A stretch of DNA of 64,000 bases, from contig CM126206.1 in NCBI GenBank assembly GCA_052327205.1, positions 319,052,001 through 319,116,000 of the forward strand, read 5' to 3'. Shown piece after piece: positions 1 to 11,595 of the stretch (its first letter is position 1; every line of letters starts with the position of its first letter). Both the position numbers and the translations under genes were made by a program. Under the pieces are notes generated by a model that was given only the letters and a program-made list of their open reading frames with translations, was not told where the DNA came from and ran no database searches. The DNA is from Somniosus microcephalus. Lineage: Eukaryota.

Positions 1-2476
1 TAGTTCTTAGTTTCACCTTTTACCCTTGTCAACACATTTTGGTGCTTTTCATTAATGTTAACTAGCTTTATTTTTCTTGCGAGTATTTGCTGGACACACC
101 CTCTGTCTGTGTACGCTTTTAGGATTTTGTCATCCTTTTTCATACATAACACATAAATAGTGCAAGCCTTAATATTTTAATTTAAAATATTAGTCTGACC
201 AAAAGTATTTGTCAGACGTGTATTCTTTTTCCATGTTCTAAAGGCGCTCTGTTATTTTCTTTCCAAATGTGAGAATGATTTGAGCTGTAGAATATATATG
301 ACAAGCCTGATATCACTTTGAACCTTTTAACAGAAGAGTGAGGGAGGAATGTAGTTTGAATAAAGCAAAAGACAGGATCGGAGAGGTAAGCCATTCTTTT
401 GTGCGGATTGTGTATTCTATTCCTAATGCAGTGCTCTTAGAAACGCTTTAGATGTTTGAAAATGGAGCTATTTAACTAAAGAATATTAGTGTCCTCAGGA
501 GATTTCCTTTACACTGCAGTCGGTGTGGGGTTGTAATGTTAATGGCGAGGTAATATATAAAGACAATTTTTGATATTACCTATGTTTTTTTTAAATCAGC
601 ATTTGTTAACGGAATATTAGCAACACAAACGTTAGCTAGAAATCTATATTAATTTTTTTTTAACTGGAGAGTAAAATCTCCTCGTGCTGTCTGTAGAGAA
701 ATCGTAAAGGATCACGGTTACAATGTCACTACAAATAGCAAAGAACGGGAATATTCCCTTCGATGGCTTCAAATAGTATGCTCTTGAAAAAGCACACAAT
801 ATGCATCCCGTGTAAGGTGCAGTCCCAATATTTGGAGAGTTACCGTACTGTCACAGCAGTTACTAACTAGTGTAGTGATAAAAAAAAATTAAATACTTGA
901 GTGATTTTAAAATGTCAATATTTATTATCTCGGTTAAAACCTAATCAGCATAGACCTTAGCTATTTCGGTTCAGGATTACACTGTAGTTGAACAAGATTT
1001 ACCCAAATTGAATATGAAACGTAGGAATTATTAGTTTTGTAATAATTGTATTTCACCATTTTTAATATTTTACTTGAGAATTGATGGGTAGAAATTCCAA
1101 AACAAAACATTTCACTGTATTAACCTAAATTAGTTGCTGTATACAATAAGCAATTCATTTGACCCAATAATACAGTACCTTAAATGCAAAATACAATCTT
1201 TCTTTGGCAGTCATGGAAGAAACAATGTTGAGAGGGGTATTTTGTCAGCTTTCTGTTTAGCAAGAGTTGTAAACAGCGTGCGTTACTAGTGAAAAATCAT
1301 GGCATATCAGACTGTATTACAGTGAAGGATTACTGTTACATGATTAATATTGTGCATCTGCTTTTGTAACAAAGGACTGTAATATAGACTCACTTACATT
1401 ACTCTAAAATGACAAGATGTGACTTTGAACGCTGGTGAGTTTCATGGGAATTTACACATTCCATCAATGAGAATTCTGTATATGGGCACGATATGTACAT
1501 ATATATATATATATATAAAATATATTGGTTTATGTTTAGATCACATCCCAGTCATGGCACGAACTATTGAAATTCATAGTGCATCAATAATCCTATTTTC
1601 ACATGAGCTATGTTACTCTGACTCACGCAGCCCGGCTGTGAGAAAACAGAATGGTGGAAAAACTCTTTCAGAAATGTCAATTTATTTCATAGCTGCTACA
1701 ACTCCCTCATAATAATGTAGAAACATCTTGGCAGGAAAATAACTAGCGTTTCACAGCTTCTGTTCTTCAGCATTCTGATTTATTGCAGTGTTCACTTCGG
1801 TGCAAACCTGTTTGTTTTGGTGCATTCACACATATGCGATTTGATAATTCTCAATAGTCTTACAGCAATAATGACTGGCACAATTTCACGTGATTAATTT
1901 TCCTCTCTTCCCTTCCCCCTCCCAAAGAAATTCTACAGGAGCTGGGGGGTGGCGGGGGGCGGGGGGGCGGGCGGTGGGGTGGGGGGTTGCGGGGGAGTTT
2001 AAAGTAAGAAAAGCATTCTATTCTTAATTATAAGAAAAAGGTCCTCAGGTTCAAAGAAGAAGAACTAAGTTGCATTTATATAGCACCTTATCACAGTCTC
2101 AACGTGTTTTAAAATCAATTGATTATGTTTGCTAGAAGATATAAATTACTCGAGCTTTGCTCTTGCAATTTGGAGTAACGTACGAACCCTTGAGGTGTTT
2201 CTTCCACTCTCTCTTCTACTGAACTAGGGTTGCCGCAGTACGGCTTCGGCTCTGGGAAATCTGCCACTGGTCGGTGTCCAATTTCTCCAAGTCCTTTTGT
2301 GCACCCAGCGATCATTAGGATCAATTTCCTGCGATGTACAGCTACGCTTGTTTCTGATCACACTCTCTTACATCACTCAAAATGTAAGGAATGACAGGTT
2401 CTGTTTAGAAGAAAGGTTTTGTGCATTGCGACTTTGATGAAAGGATGAGTTGGAAGTAAATTAATACGCTGGTCCT

Positions 2477-2948
2477 TTCACCCATCACCCCCTGTGCTCG
2501 CTGACCTACATTGGCTCCCGGTTAAGCAAAGCCTCGATTTTAAAATTCTCATCCTTGTTTTCAAATCCCTCCATGGTCTCGCCCCCTCCCTATCTCTGTA
2601 ATCTCCTCCAGCCCCACAACCCCCCGAGATCTCTGCGCTCCTCTAATTCTGCCCACTTGAGCGTCCCTGATTATAATCGCTCCACCATCAGTGGCCGTGC
2701 CTTCAGCTGCCTGGGCCCTAAGCTCTGGAATTCCCTCCCTAAACCTCTCCGCCTCTCCACCTCTCTCTCCTCCTTTAAGACGCTCCTTAAAACCTACCTC
2801 TTTGACCAAGCTTTTGGTCACCTGCCCTAATTTCTCCTTTTGTGGCTCGTGTCAAATTTTTTTGTCTTATAATACTCCTGTGAAGCACCTTGGGACATTT
2901 TACTATGTTAAAGGCGCTATATAAATACAAGCTGTTGCTGTTGTTGTT
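2477..2948 (+). mobile_element. L2-clade LINE 3' end
   Basis: HWLP..FKILIL..PYL..RSLRSS..RAFS..PKLWNSLP..FKTLLKTYLF followed by a (TTG)n tail. Confidence 0.85.
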
Positions 2949-3123
2949 CTATGCATTGGATCACATGTATCCTACACCGTCCTAAATACTTCCTTATCAT
3001 TGTGAATCCTATATCACTAGGCACTAACCCATCATATCAAAAGAGGTAACCACTATGAAACCATTAAATCCATATTTATTTATATATATAAAATATGAAA
3101 TACTAGGTGACAGAAGCACTGAA

Positions 3124-3232
3124 AAGAAAGACAGACTTGCATTTCTATAGCGCCTTTCACGACCACCGGACGTCCCAAAGCGCTTTACAGCCAATGAAGT
3201 ACTTTTTGAAGTGTAGTCACTGTTGTAATGTA
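3124..3232 (-). mobile_element. Deu-type SINE (SacSINE1-like) tail fragment
   Basis: Same tail as the full copies. Similar tail-only pieces at 5072-5220(+), 11805-11920(-), 22007-22107(-) and 42645-42762(-). Confidence 0.8.
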
Positions 3233-3269
3233 AAACTAAATAAGGGGTGATCTTATAACAAACCTGTGT

Positions 3270-3698
3270 CGGCTGTGGCTCAGTGGGCGGCACCCTCGCC
3301 TCTGAGTCAGAAGGTTGTGGGTTCAAGTCCCACTCCAGAGACTTGAGCAAAAAAATCTAGGCTGACACTCTCAGTGCAGTGTTGAGGGAGTGCTGCACTG
3401 TCGGAGGGGCAGTACTGAGGGAGCGCCGCACTGTCGGAGGGGCAGTACTGAGGGAGCGCCGCACTGTCGGAGGGGCAGTACTGAGGGAGCGCCGCACTGT
3501 CGGAGGGGCAGTACTGAGGGAGCGCCGCACTGTCAGAGGGGCCGTCTTTCAGATGAGATGTTAAACCTGCTCTCTCAGGTGGATGTAAAAGATCCCATGG
3601 CCACTATTTCAAATAAGAGCAGGGGAGTTCTCCCTGGGGCCAATATTTATCCCTTAATCAACATCACTAAAACAGATTATCTGGTCATTATCACATTG
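3270..3698 (+). mobile_element. tRNA-derived Deu-domain SINE with internal 33-bp tandem expansion
   Basis: A box TGGCTCAGTGG, B box GGTTCAAGTCC, Deu-like core AAAGATCCCATGGC..CAGGGGAGTTCTCCC; about 5 copies of a 33-mer at 3378-3541. Confidence 0.85.
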
Positions 3699-3764
3699 TA
3701 GAAGTTTTTCTTTGACATTAGTTCAATGGCTGCAGAGAAGAAGTTTATATATAGAAAAGAAATA

Positions 3765-4060
3765 AAGACAGACTTGCATCTCTTTTGCGCTTTTCACGAC
3801 CACCGGATGTCCCAAAGCGCTTTACAGCCAACGAAGTACTTTTTGAAGTGTAGTCACTGTCGTAATGTAGGAAACGCAGCAGCCAATTTGTGCACAGCAA
3901 GCTCCCACAAACAGTAATGAGCAGACGGGGCCTCGGTTTAACATCTCGTCCAAAAGACGGCACCTCCGACAGTGCGGCACTCCCTCAGTACTGCACTGGG
4001 AGTGTCAGCCTAGATTTTTTGCTCAAGTCTCTGGAGTGGGACTTGAACCCACAACCTTCT
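3765..4060 (-). mobile_element. Deu-type SINE, internally deleted
   Basis: Reverse complement of the same family. Confidence 0.85.
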
Positions 4061-6097
4061 GGGTTGTGCCTTGAAATGGTAGGGTATGGATTTACTCCCG
4101 CAATATCTCATGTGTTGAGTTCCAGGTCTTGAGGATGCTTCCATTGGGAGGTGCCAAGCAAGGCCCAGGCTCTCCCCTCTGAAAAGAAATATCCGAGGGC
4201 CAGTCACACACCTCCTAATAATGAAGAAAGGGTAGTATTGGCAAAGGCCTGGGAGCTCACATCCAGAGAGAGTGTGTGGCATTGGGAGAAAAACTACAGG
4301 AGGGGAAAAGGGGAGAAAGAGAAGGAAATAATAATAAAATATAAACTGCAAAAAAAAAGTACAATATGTGTGTCAGTGGATTACTGGCTGTCATCCAACT
4401 GAATTGGAACCCAACCCATTGAGATTCATTTTCACGGCTTACGACAGGTTATGCCGTGAATCCACACTCTGAGTGGGGAGCTGCGCTTGATGGGTCAGAG
4501 ATTCAGTGTTGCAGCCCCGTCCCTGTCCTGCACTCCCTTCAACTGCGAATAGTTGCTGGCTGCACGGGATCAGGCAATCACTCCTATAAATGTCACCTCC
4601 AAGTTGAATTACTGCCTCATAAAGCACTGCCGGCCATTCAGCATCTTCTATGTATGCAGTCAGCCATACAATGACGCTTCAACATGACAGAGAAGATTAT
4701 ATGTTTCTGTTTATGAAAATCTGTACTTTGCCATAAAGGACTGTAAAGCTGATCTGTAAATTCTTACAGAATATGTACTTTGTCACTAAGGTTTTGAACT
4801 GCTTTCATGAAATAATTACAATTTCTGTCGTTAATCAAGAGAATAATTGATTATTCAACACGCAGTTAAATTTGTGATGTATGCTGACAACTATGTGGGT
4901 TTAATTTTTGTTCGCCAGCTGGCATTTATTCAAAAGATGCACCAGTTTACAAGTTCATTCTTAAACTCTCATACACCTCATGATTAACCTTTTATTATGT
5001 TGACCTGCCATTCAGCTTTCCTTCACTGGGTTAATATATGGTAATTGCTTTCACAACATAATTTAGTGAAATTTTGTTTGTGGGAGCTTGCTGTGCGCAA
5101 ATTGGCTGCCCTGTTTCCTACATTACAACAGTGACCACACTTCAAAAAGTACTTCATTGGTTGTAAAGCGCTTCGGGATGTCCTGAGGATGTGAAAGGCG
5201 CTATAGAAATGCAAGTTCTTTCTTTGAATATAAAAATATAATTGTATACAACAATTGCCATTAATAACCCACGAGATGTTATTTTCATAAATGTTAAATG
5301 ATTAAAAATCTTTCATATTCAGAGTTCTAAGTGTCAAATATTACATATGGGGCCCCCATTTCAGTGTTGGTGTGTTTAATTTAAGTTAACGTAGTATTTT
5401 TGTGCAGCTTTTTTAATGCAGTTTTTATATAACCATACTAATGAACGCTAGAGTACCTAAACAAGTCACTCACTATTGTTATACGTTTGGATTCCTTATC
5501 AGCGTCAGTCAGGCAGTCTACGTGGGAAGGACATGGGAGTAGAAAATTAAATTTGTAAATAAAGGATCGCATTGTTCTACTCTTTAAAAAAAATCAGTTT
5601 TGTTTTCATTAATCAAATCAGGCTGTGACTTCTTAAGTATTTGAACACTAGAAATATTTTCCATCTATGCTACAATATTCTTGCTCTGTATAGGATGCCT
5701 TTAACTGAACTTTTTCACGACTATTTCCGTGCATTTCACTGACTTCTGGGCGAGCTCGGTGCTTCTAATACACGGCTGTACAATGGGATTGATGTTTTAC
5801 ATTGAAACGCGACCAGGAACTATCAAGTTTCCCAAAATGTAAACGAACGGTGTGGGCTTATTTTTTTGCGCAACTCCACAATCATTATCGCCTTTGTGTT
5901 GCAAGCAGAGTAAACTCAAGTCTTTGAAGTTCACTGTTTACTTAATAAACTAACCCCCAAAAAATTATGGGAGGGGAGGGGGTTGGAAGAGGTTTAAAGC
6001 AACATTTTAACAAAAAAAATCACACACACTAACAATCCAACCCAGAAATGAGCAAACAAAATTGCAAATAATGCAAGGATTGCCGCCCTGTTGTGCC

Positions 6098-7235
6098 TGG
6101 GCTGAGTTTACAAGTTGCATTGTACTCTTTGCTGCAGTTTGCAAGTTGCATTGTGCATTGGGCTGCAGTTTGCAAGTTGCACAGCGCCCTGGGCTGCAGT
6201 TTGCAATTTGCATTGTGCTCTGGGCTGCAGTTTGCAAGTTGCATTATACTCTGGGCTGCAGTTTTCAAGTTGCATTGTGCTCTGGGCTGCAGTTTGTAAG
6301 TTGCATTGTGCTCTGGGCTGCAGTTTGCAAGTTGCATTGTGCTCTGGGCTGCAGTTTGCAAGTTGCATTGTGCTCTGGGCTGCAGTTTGTAAGTTGCATT
6401 GTGCTCTGGGCTGCAGTTTGCAAGTTGCATTGTGCCCTGGGCTGCAGTTTGCAAGTTGCATTGTGCCCTGGGCTGCAGTTTGTAAGTTGCATTGTGCTCT
6501 GGGCTGCAGTTTGCAAGTTGCATTGTGCACTGGGCTGCAGTTTGCAAGTTGCATTGTGCTCTGGGCTGCAGTTTGCAAGTTGCATTATTCTCTGGGCTGC
6601 AGTTTGTAAGTTGCATTGTGCTCTGGGCTGCAGTTTGCAAGTTGCATTATTCTCTGGGCTGCAGTTTGTAAGTTGCATTGTGCTCTGGGCTGCAGTTTGT
6701 AAGTTGCATTGTGCTCTGGGCTGCAGTTTGCAAGTTGCATTGTGCTCTGGGCTGCAGTTTGCAAGTTGCATTGTGCTCTGGGCTGCAGTTTGCAAGTTGC
6801 ATTATACTCTGGGCTGCAGTTTGCAAGTTGCATTATACTCTGGGCTGCAGTTTGCAAGTTGCATTATACTCTGGGCTGCAGTTTGCAAGTTGCACTGTGC
6901 CCTGGGCTGCAGTTTGCAAGTTGCATTATACTCTGGGCTGCAGTTTGCAAGTTGCATTATACTCTGGGCTGCAGTTTGCAAGTTGCATTATACTCTGGGC
7001 TGCAGTTTGCAAGTTGCATTATACTCTGGGCTGCAGTTTGCAAGTTGCATTATACTCTGGGCTGCAGTTTGCAAGTTGCACTGTGCCCTGGGCTGCAGTT
7101 TTCAAGTTGCACTGTGCTTTGGGCTGCAGTTTGTAAGTTGCATCGTGCTCTGGGCTGCAGTTTTCAAGTTGCACTGTACTCTGGGCTGCAGTTTGTAAGT
7201 TGCATCGTGCTCTGGGCTACAGTTTTCAAGTTGCA
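6098..7235. repeat. 31-bp minisatellite, about 36 copies
   Basis: Unit TGCAGTTTGCAAGTTGCATTGTGCTCTGGGC repeated head-to-tail. Confidence 0.98.
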
Positions 7236-7239
7236 CGGC

Positions 7240-7625
7240 GCCCTGTTGAACAGCTCGACAAGGTGTTGTGGCCGCAGCGCCCGGTCGGTATCCTTGCGCC
7301 GGGACTTTGGACGAGGAGAAGATGGAGGAGTGGGGGGGGGGAGAGAAAGAGAAAGATTGATTTTCTCATCAAAGAAGCTCACAAAAGAGCACACAACCAA
7401 CCCAAATTCTTTCTCTATGAACAGACTAAACTTCCAGACGATCATCTGCGCTGTGTAGGAGTGAATAGGAAGAAGAGCGAGGAGTTTGATTGGGCCGGCT
7501 CCCCCCCTCTCTCCGCTGCCAGGTGTTGGAGTGGTAGCGGCCGCACTACTTGTTGCTGGCGGAGGCGCACCCCCGCGCGGCGGCCTCTTTAAGGGGTGGC
7601 GCGGCTAGTGGGCGCCATTTTGGTC
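7240..7625 (+). promoter_or_regulatory. CTNNB1: CpG-rich CTNNB1 promoter
   Basis: CpG-dense. TATA-like TTTAAG at 7588-7593. GGCGCCATTTT (YY1-type) at 7611-7621 matches the motif I recall at the human CTNNB1 start. TCF/LEF motif ATCAAAG at 7368-7374. Confidence 0.75.
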
Positions 7626-7818
7626 GGTGTGGCGGAGAGAGGGAGAGTGTGAGAGAGAGAAAGGAAGAGAGCGAGAGAAAAGAAAGAAAGAGAGAGACCC
7701 CGCTGGCCCAACACCCAGGGCAGCGGATCGTGAAGGAAGGACGAAGGGGAAAAAAATCGGATCGGAAGGTTTTTAATCGGCGAGTGAGGGGAGCCGTCCG
7801 TTCGACAGCCGGCGGTGG
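7611..7818 (+). other. CTNNB1: CTNNB1 non-coding exon 1 (5'UTR)
   Basis: ATG-free, GA-rich segment after the YY1 motif. Candidate donors GG|GTGAGA (after 7818) or CG|GTGGGT (after 7814). The adjacent N gap limits certainty. Confidence 0.6.
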
Positions 7819-7825
7819 GTGAGAG

Positions 7826-8325
7826 NNNNNNNNNNNNNNNNNNNNNNNNNNNNNNNNNNNNNNNNNNNNNNNNNNNNNNNNNNNNNNNNNNNNNNNNNNN
7901 NNNNNNNNNNNNNNNNNNNNNNNNNNNNNNNNNNNNNNNNNNNNNNNNNNNNNNNNNNNNNNNNNNNNNNNNNNNNNNNNNNNNNNNNNNNNNNNNNNNN
8001 NNNNNNNNNNNNNNNNNNNNNNNNNNNNNNNNNNNNNNNNNNNNNNNNNNNNNNNNNNNNNNNNNNNNNNNNNNNNNNNNNNNNNNNNNNNNNNNNNNNN
8101 NNNNNNNNNNNNNNNNNNNNNNNNNNNNNNNNNNNNNNNNNNNNNNNNNNNNNNNNNNNNNNNNNNNNNNNNNNNNNNNNNNNNNNNNNNNNNNNNNNNN
8201 NNNNNNNNNNNNNNNNNNNNNNNNNNNNNNNNNNNNNNNNNNNNNNNNNNNNNNNNNNNNNNNNNNNNNNNNNNNNNNNNNNNNNNNNNNNNNNNNNNNN
8301 NNNNNNNNNNNNNNNNNNNNNNNNN
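7826..8325. other. Assembly gap (500 N)
   Basis: Run of N between exon 1 and the G-rich satellite. Confidence 1.
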
Positions 8326-9150
8326 GATGAGGGGGGGTGGGGGGGGAGGAAGTGTACCCGGGATTAGGGGGGGGGGGGGAAGTGTACTCGGGATTGGGGG
8401 GGGGGGCGGAAGTGTACCCGGGATTGGGGGGGAGGAGGAAGTGTACCCGGGATGAAGGGGGGGGGGGGTAGGGAGTGTACCCGGGATGAAGGGGGGGGGG
8501 ATGTGAACCCGGGATCGGGGGGGGCGGGGGACGAGGGGAGGGTGTGTACCCCGGGGGTGGGGGAAGGAAAGAGTATACCCGGGGCAGGAGGGGGTGTGTA
8601 CCCGAGAGGGGGAGACTGATGTGTGCCCAGGGTTGGAGGGGCAGGGTGGTGAGGGTGTGTACCCTTGGGGGGGGGGGGGGGGGGGGGCAGATGTGTACTT
8701 GGGGCGGGTAGAAACCTGGGCTGTTGGTGGGGGACGGGGGGGGGGGGGGTGGGAAACGATGTATCTACCCGGGGGGGGGAAGGATGTATCTACCCGGGGG
8801 GGGGGGGGGGGAAGGATGTATCTACCCGGGGGGGGGGGAAGGATGTATCTACCCGGGGGGGCGGAACGATGTATATACCCAGGGGTGGGGGGGTGAACGA
8901 TGTATCTACCCGGGGGCGGGGGGGGAGGCAACGATGTATATACCCGGGGGGGGGGGGGGGGGAGAAACTATGTGTATATACCCGGGGGGGGGTGGAACGA
9001 TGTACATACCCAGGGGAGGGGGGGGGAAACGATGTATATACCCAGGGGAGGGGGGGGGCGGAAATGATGTATATACCCAGGGGAGGGGGTAGGTCCCCAG
9101 GCTGTTGGGGAAACGGGTGTATACGCCCCTAGGGAGCTGGTATATACCTG
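8326..9150 (+). repeat. G-run satellite (G-quadruplex-prone)
   Basis: Units GGAAGTGTACCCGGGAT plus G-run, changing to AACGATGTATMTACCC plus G-run. Confidence 0.93.
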
Positions 9151-11316
9151 GGGAGAGCAGAGGAGTTGATTTTTTTCCCCATGATTTTATGTGGACGGGA
9201 TTTAGAAGGAGATTGGCGGAGGGCGCCATAACTTGGAGACTAGCTCTCATTACCAATCAAATGAGTGGAGAGTAATGGAGCAGTCGGGGATTTGCATTTT
9301 AAAAGATTTTTGCTGACGGATGATATGGTTTGAATGATAGGCCAATAGATTTATATTCTGCTAGTATATAGTTTAAGCAGTGGGTGAATAAAGAGGTTAT
9401 CTTCCTATCCTGAAGGGGAAAGGAGCAAATAGGCTGATGTGAATTCAGCTTCAAATGCATATAAACCTTTTCTGGCTGGGGTCCACGCCACAGTTCATGC
9501 AGTAAAGCAAGATTAAACTTTTAAAATACCTATTTTGATGGGTAGTGTGTTTTTTCTCCTGATATGGGTGATTCTTTTGTGTCCTTTCAGATTTTATATT
9601 TTTTGGATATCTTTTGTTCAGAGTAAAATGGATGTTTAATTTGACCATGACTGCAACAATTATGGGTTTTGTGTCTAATTTTAGTATCTAGGGCCTTCCC
9701 TAAAATCGTCTAAACTAGTAGAATTTGGTTTAAATCTCAGATGGGAGAATCCAGTGTTCAGTGTATTTCATGCTCGTTTAAATCTTGGGTCTTAGAATCT
9801 ATAGTTACAAATTTACAATGCTAAGTACATGAGAAGTTTGTTTCTGAATGTTGGTATGGTTTGTGAGTTTGTTTTCCTCTATTGAAGAGGCATTGGTTAC
9901 AGTTTGAAATGGAAATTAGGAAAGGAGGGGCATGTAGAAGCAAGAGCCTTGTGACTGTTCAACTTTAAATGGGAAATTTGACGCGCTTTGCTTTATTGCT
10001 TTGCAGTTGAATGGAAGGGAACGCATCATGTGCTGTACCAGACAATTTGGCTTAAACTTGGATATTATTAAAACGTGGAATGGTTTGGGCCAACTGTTGT
10101 CTCTTGTGTAATGGTGACAAAATGCTTTTATCACAATACTGTTTGTAACTTGGCTGCATTATCATTTACAAGTTTTCTGGAAAATGGATGCAATCACAGA
10201 AATCAGTCCCTGAAACACTTTTTAAAACAAAATTCCAGCATCCTGTAATAAATTGAAATGTGCCTTTAGTAACAGAAGGTCAGTGGTCATGATTCAAGGT
10301 CTAAGTATTTTAAGTATCTGCTTTGTATGGAGTTTGCTTGTAAACAATTGGTTAAACTTAAAAGCTGTTTGTTTGCCCTGAGTTTCTATGTTGGTATTTC
10401 TTTATAGGTTTAATGTGTTTTGGGCTCTTAAATGCCAATATATAGCGACTTATTGGTAGCTAATTTATTTTACATGTAGTTCCAGGCCACTAGTTATAAA
10501 TATATTACAGAATTTGTTTAATGAATTTTTAATGTATACTGTTGTGTTTAGGGACACTGAGATTCTGAGGAATCCGAGTTGGATAACCTTTACCTGCTAC
10601 TGACCGTCTTGTACTCTAGTCTCATCCTATTATTGAAAGGAATATCTTTATTTGGGTGATGCTTATGAATGTGTATTCGCCTAACCAGGTTCTGTTGGTG
10701 CGAATGGCTCACCATTAATAATTGGGATATTTGTTGCAAAGTCGTGTAATGTTTGAAAACATTTGGATTTTTTCCTGTTGCTGGTAAAAAGGGGTGTGTG
10801 TAGCCGAGAAACTGGACAATCGAAACCTGTAATTCAAAGAAAGCTCTTTGGTCGCTAACCTGAGTTGCAGTGTGACGCATGTTTACTTCCATTGCTTGTA
10901 ATTTAAAACCACATTTTGTTTGGCTGTCTTGGACTTTCGATTGAATGAAATAGAGCTTCCAGTAAACATATAAATATTATAAGTAGTTATGCCATTTAAA
11001 ACAGTTACTTGACTTCGGTGTCATCAGTATTGTGTAAGCTGTTGGAAGTGAATTGTATACTTTGGGTAATCAGTGTTCCTTTTAATATTGTGCTTAACCT
11101 GAAGATGATGCTGCACTGATTTTTATTCTTTTGGTGTATCTTGCACAGTTTTGAAAATCGCATTTTATTGTGACTTTTGTTAGTACTAACAAACGTAGGA
11201 GAAGTTTGGACAGCATCAAGGAATTTAAAGATGTTAAGTTAGCATTTGTATTCTGATGATTATCCCCTTATCTCTCCTTTCCTGAACACTCTGGCTCCAG
11301 TTGTACTACAGCTTGA

Positions 11317-11595
11317 TGGGGACACAGATTTAAGGTGATTGGCAAAAGAACGATGGGGGGGGAGATGAGTTTTTTTTATGCAGTGAGTTGTGATTTGGAG
11401 CGTATTGCCTCAAAGGGCAGTAGAAGCAGAATCAATCATAACTTTCAAAAGGGAATTGGATAATTACTTGAAGTAAACATTTGCTGGGCTCTGGGGAAAG
11501 AGCAGGGGAAGTGGGACTACTTGGAATGCTCTTTCAAAGAGCCGGCACAGGCATGATGGGCCAAATGGCCTCCTGTGCTGCATGATTCTATGATA
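11317..11595 (+). mobile_element. CR1 (HER1-like) LINE 3' end
   Basis: GHRFKVIGKR motif and tail GATGGGCCAAATGGCCTCC..ATTCTATG. Confidence 0.8.

Noticed and set aside
3270-3345. tRNA gene-like sequences (also 54429, 58540, 60700)
   Set aside because: These are SINE heads continuing into SINE bodies, not complete tRNA genes.
6098-7235. CRISPR-like appearance of the 31-bp repeat
   Set aside because: Units are contiguous with no unique spacers, there are no cas genes, and the context is vertebrate.
6007-7458. Long Cys/Leu/Gln-rich ORFs (up to 378 aa) on both strands
   Set aside because: They are translations of the 31-bp satellite; the same peptide cycles through all frames and there is no exon structure.
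7546-9256. Pro-rich and Gly-rich ORFs
   Set aside because: They span the N gap and the G-run satellite; low-complexity artefacts.
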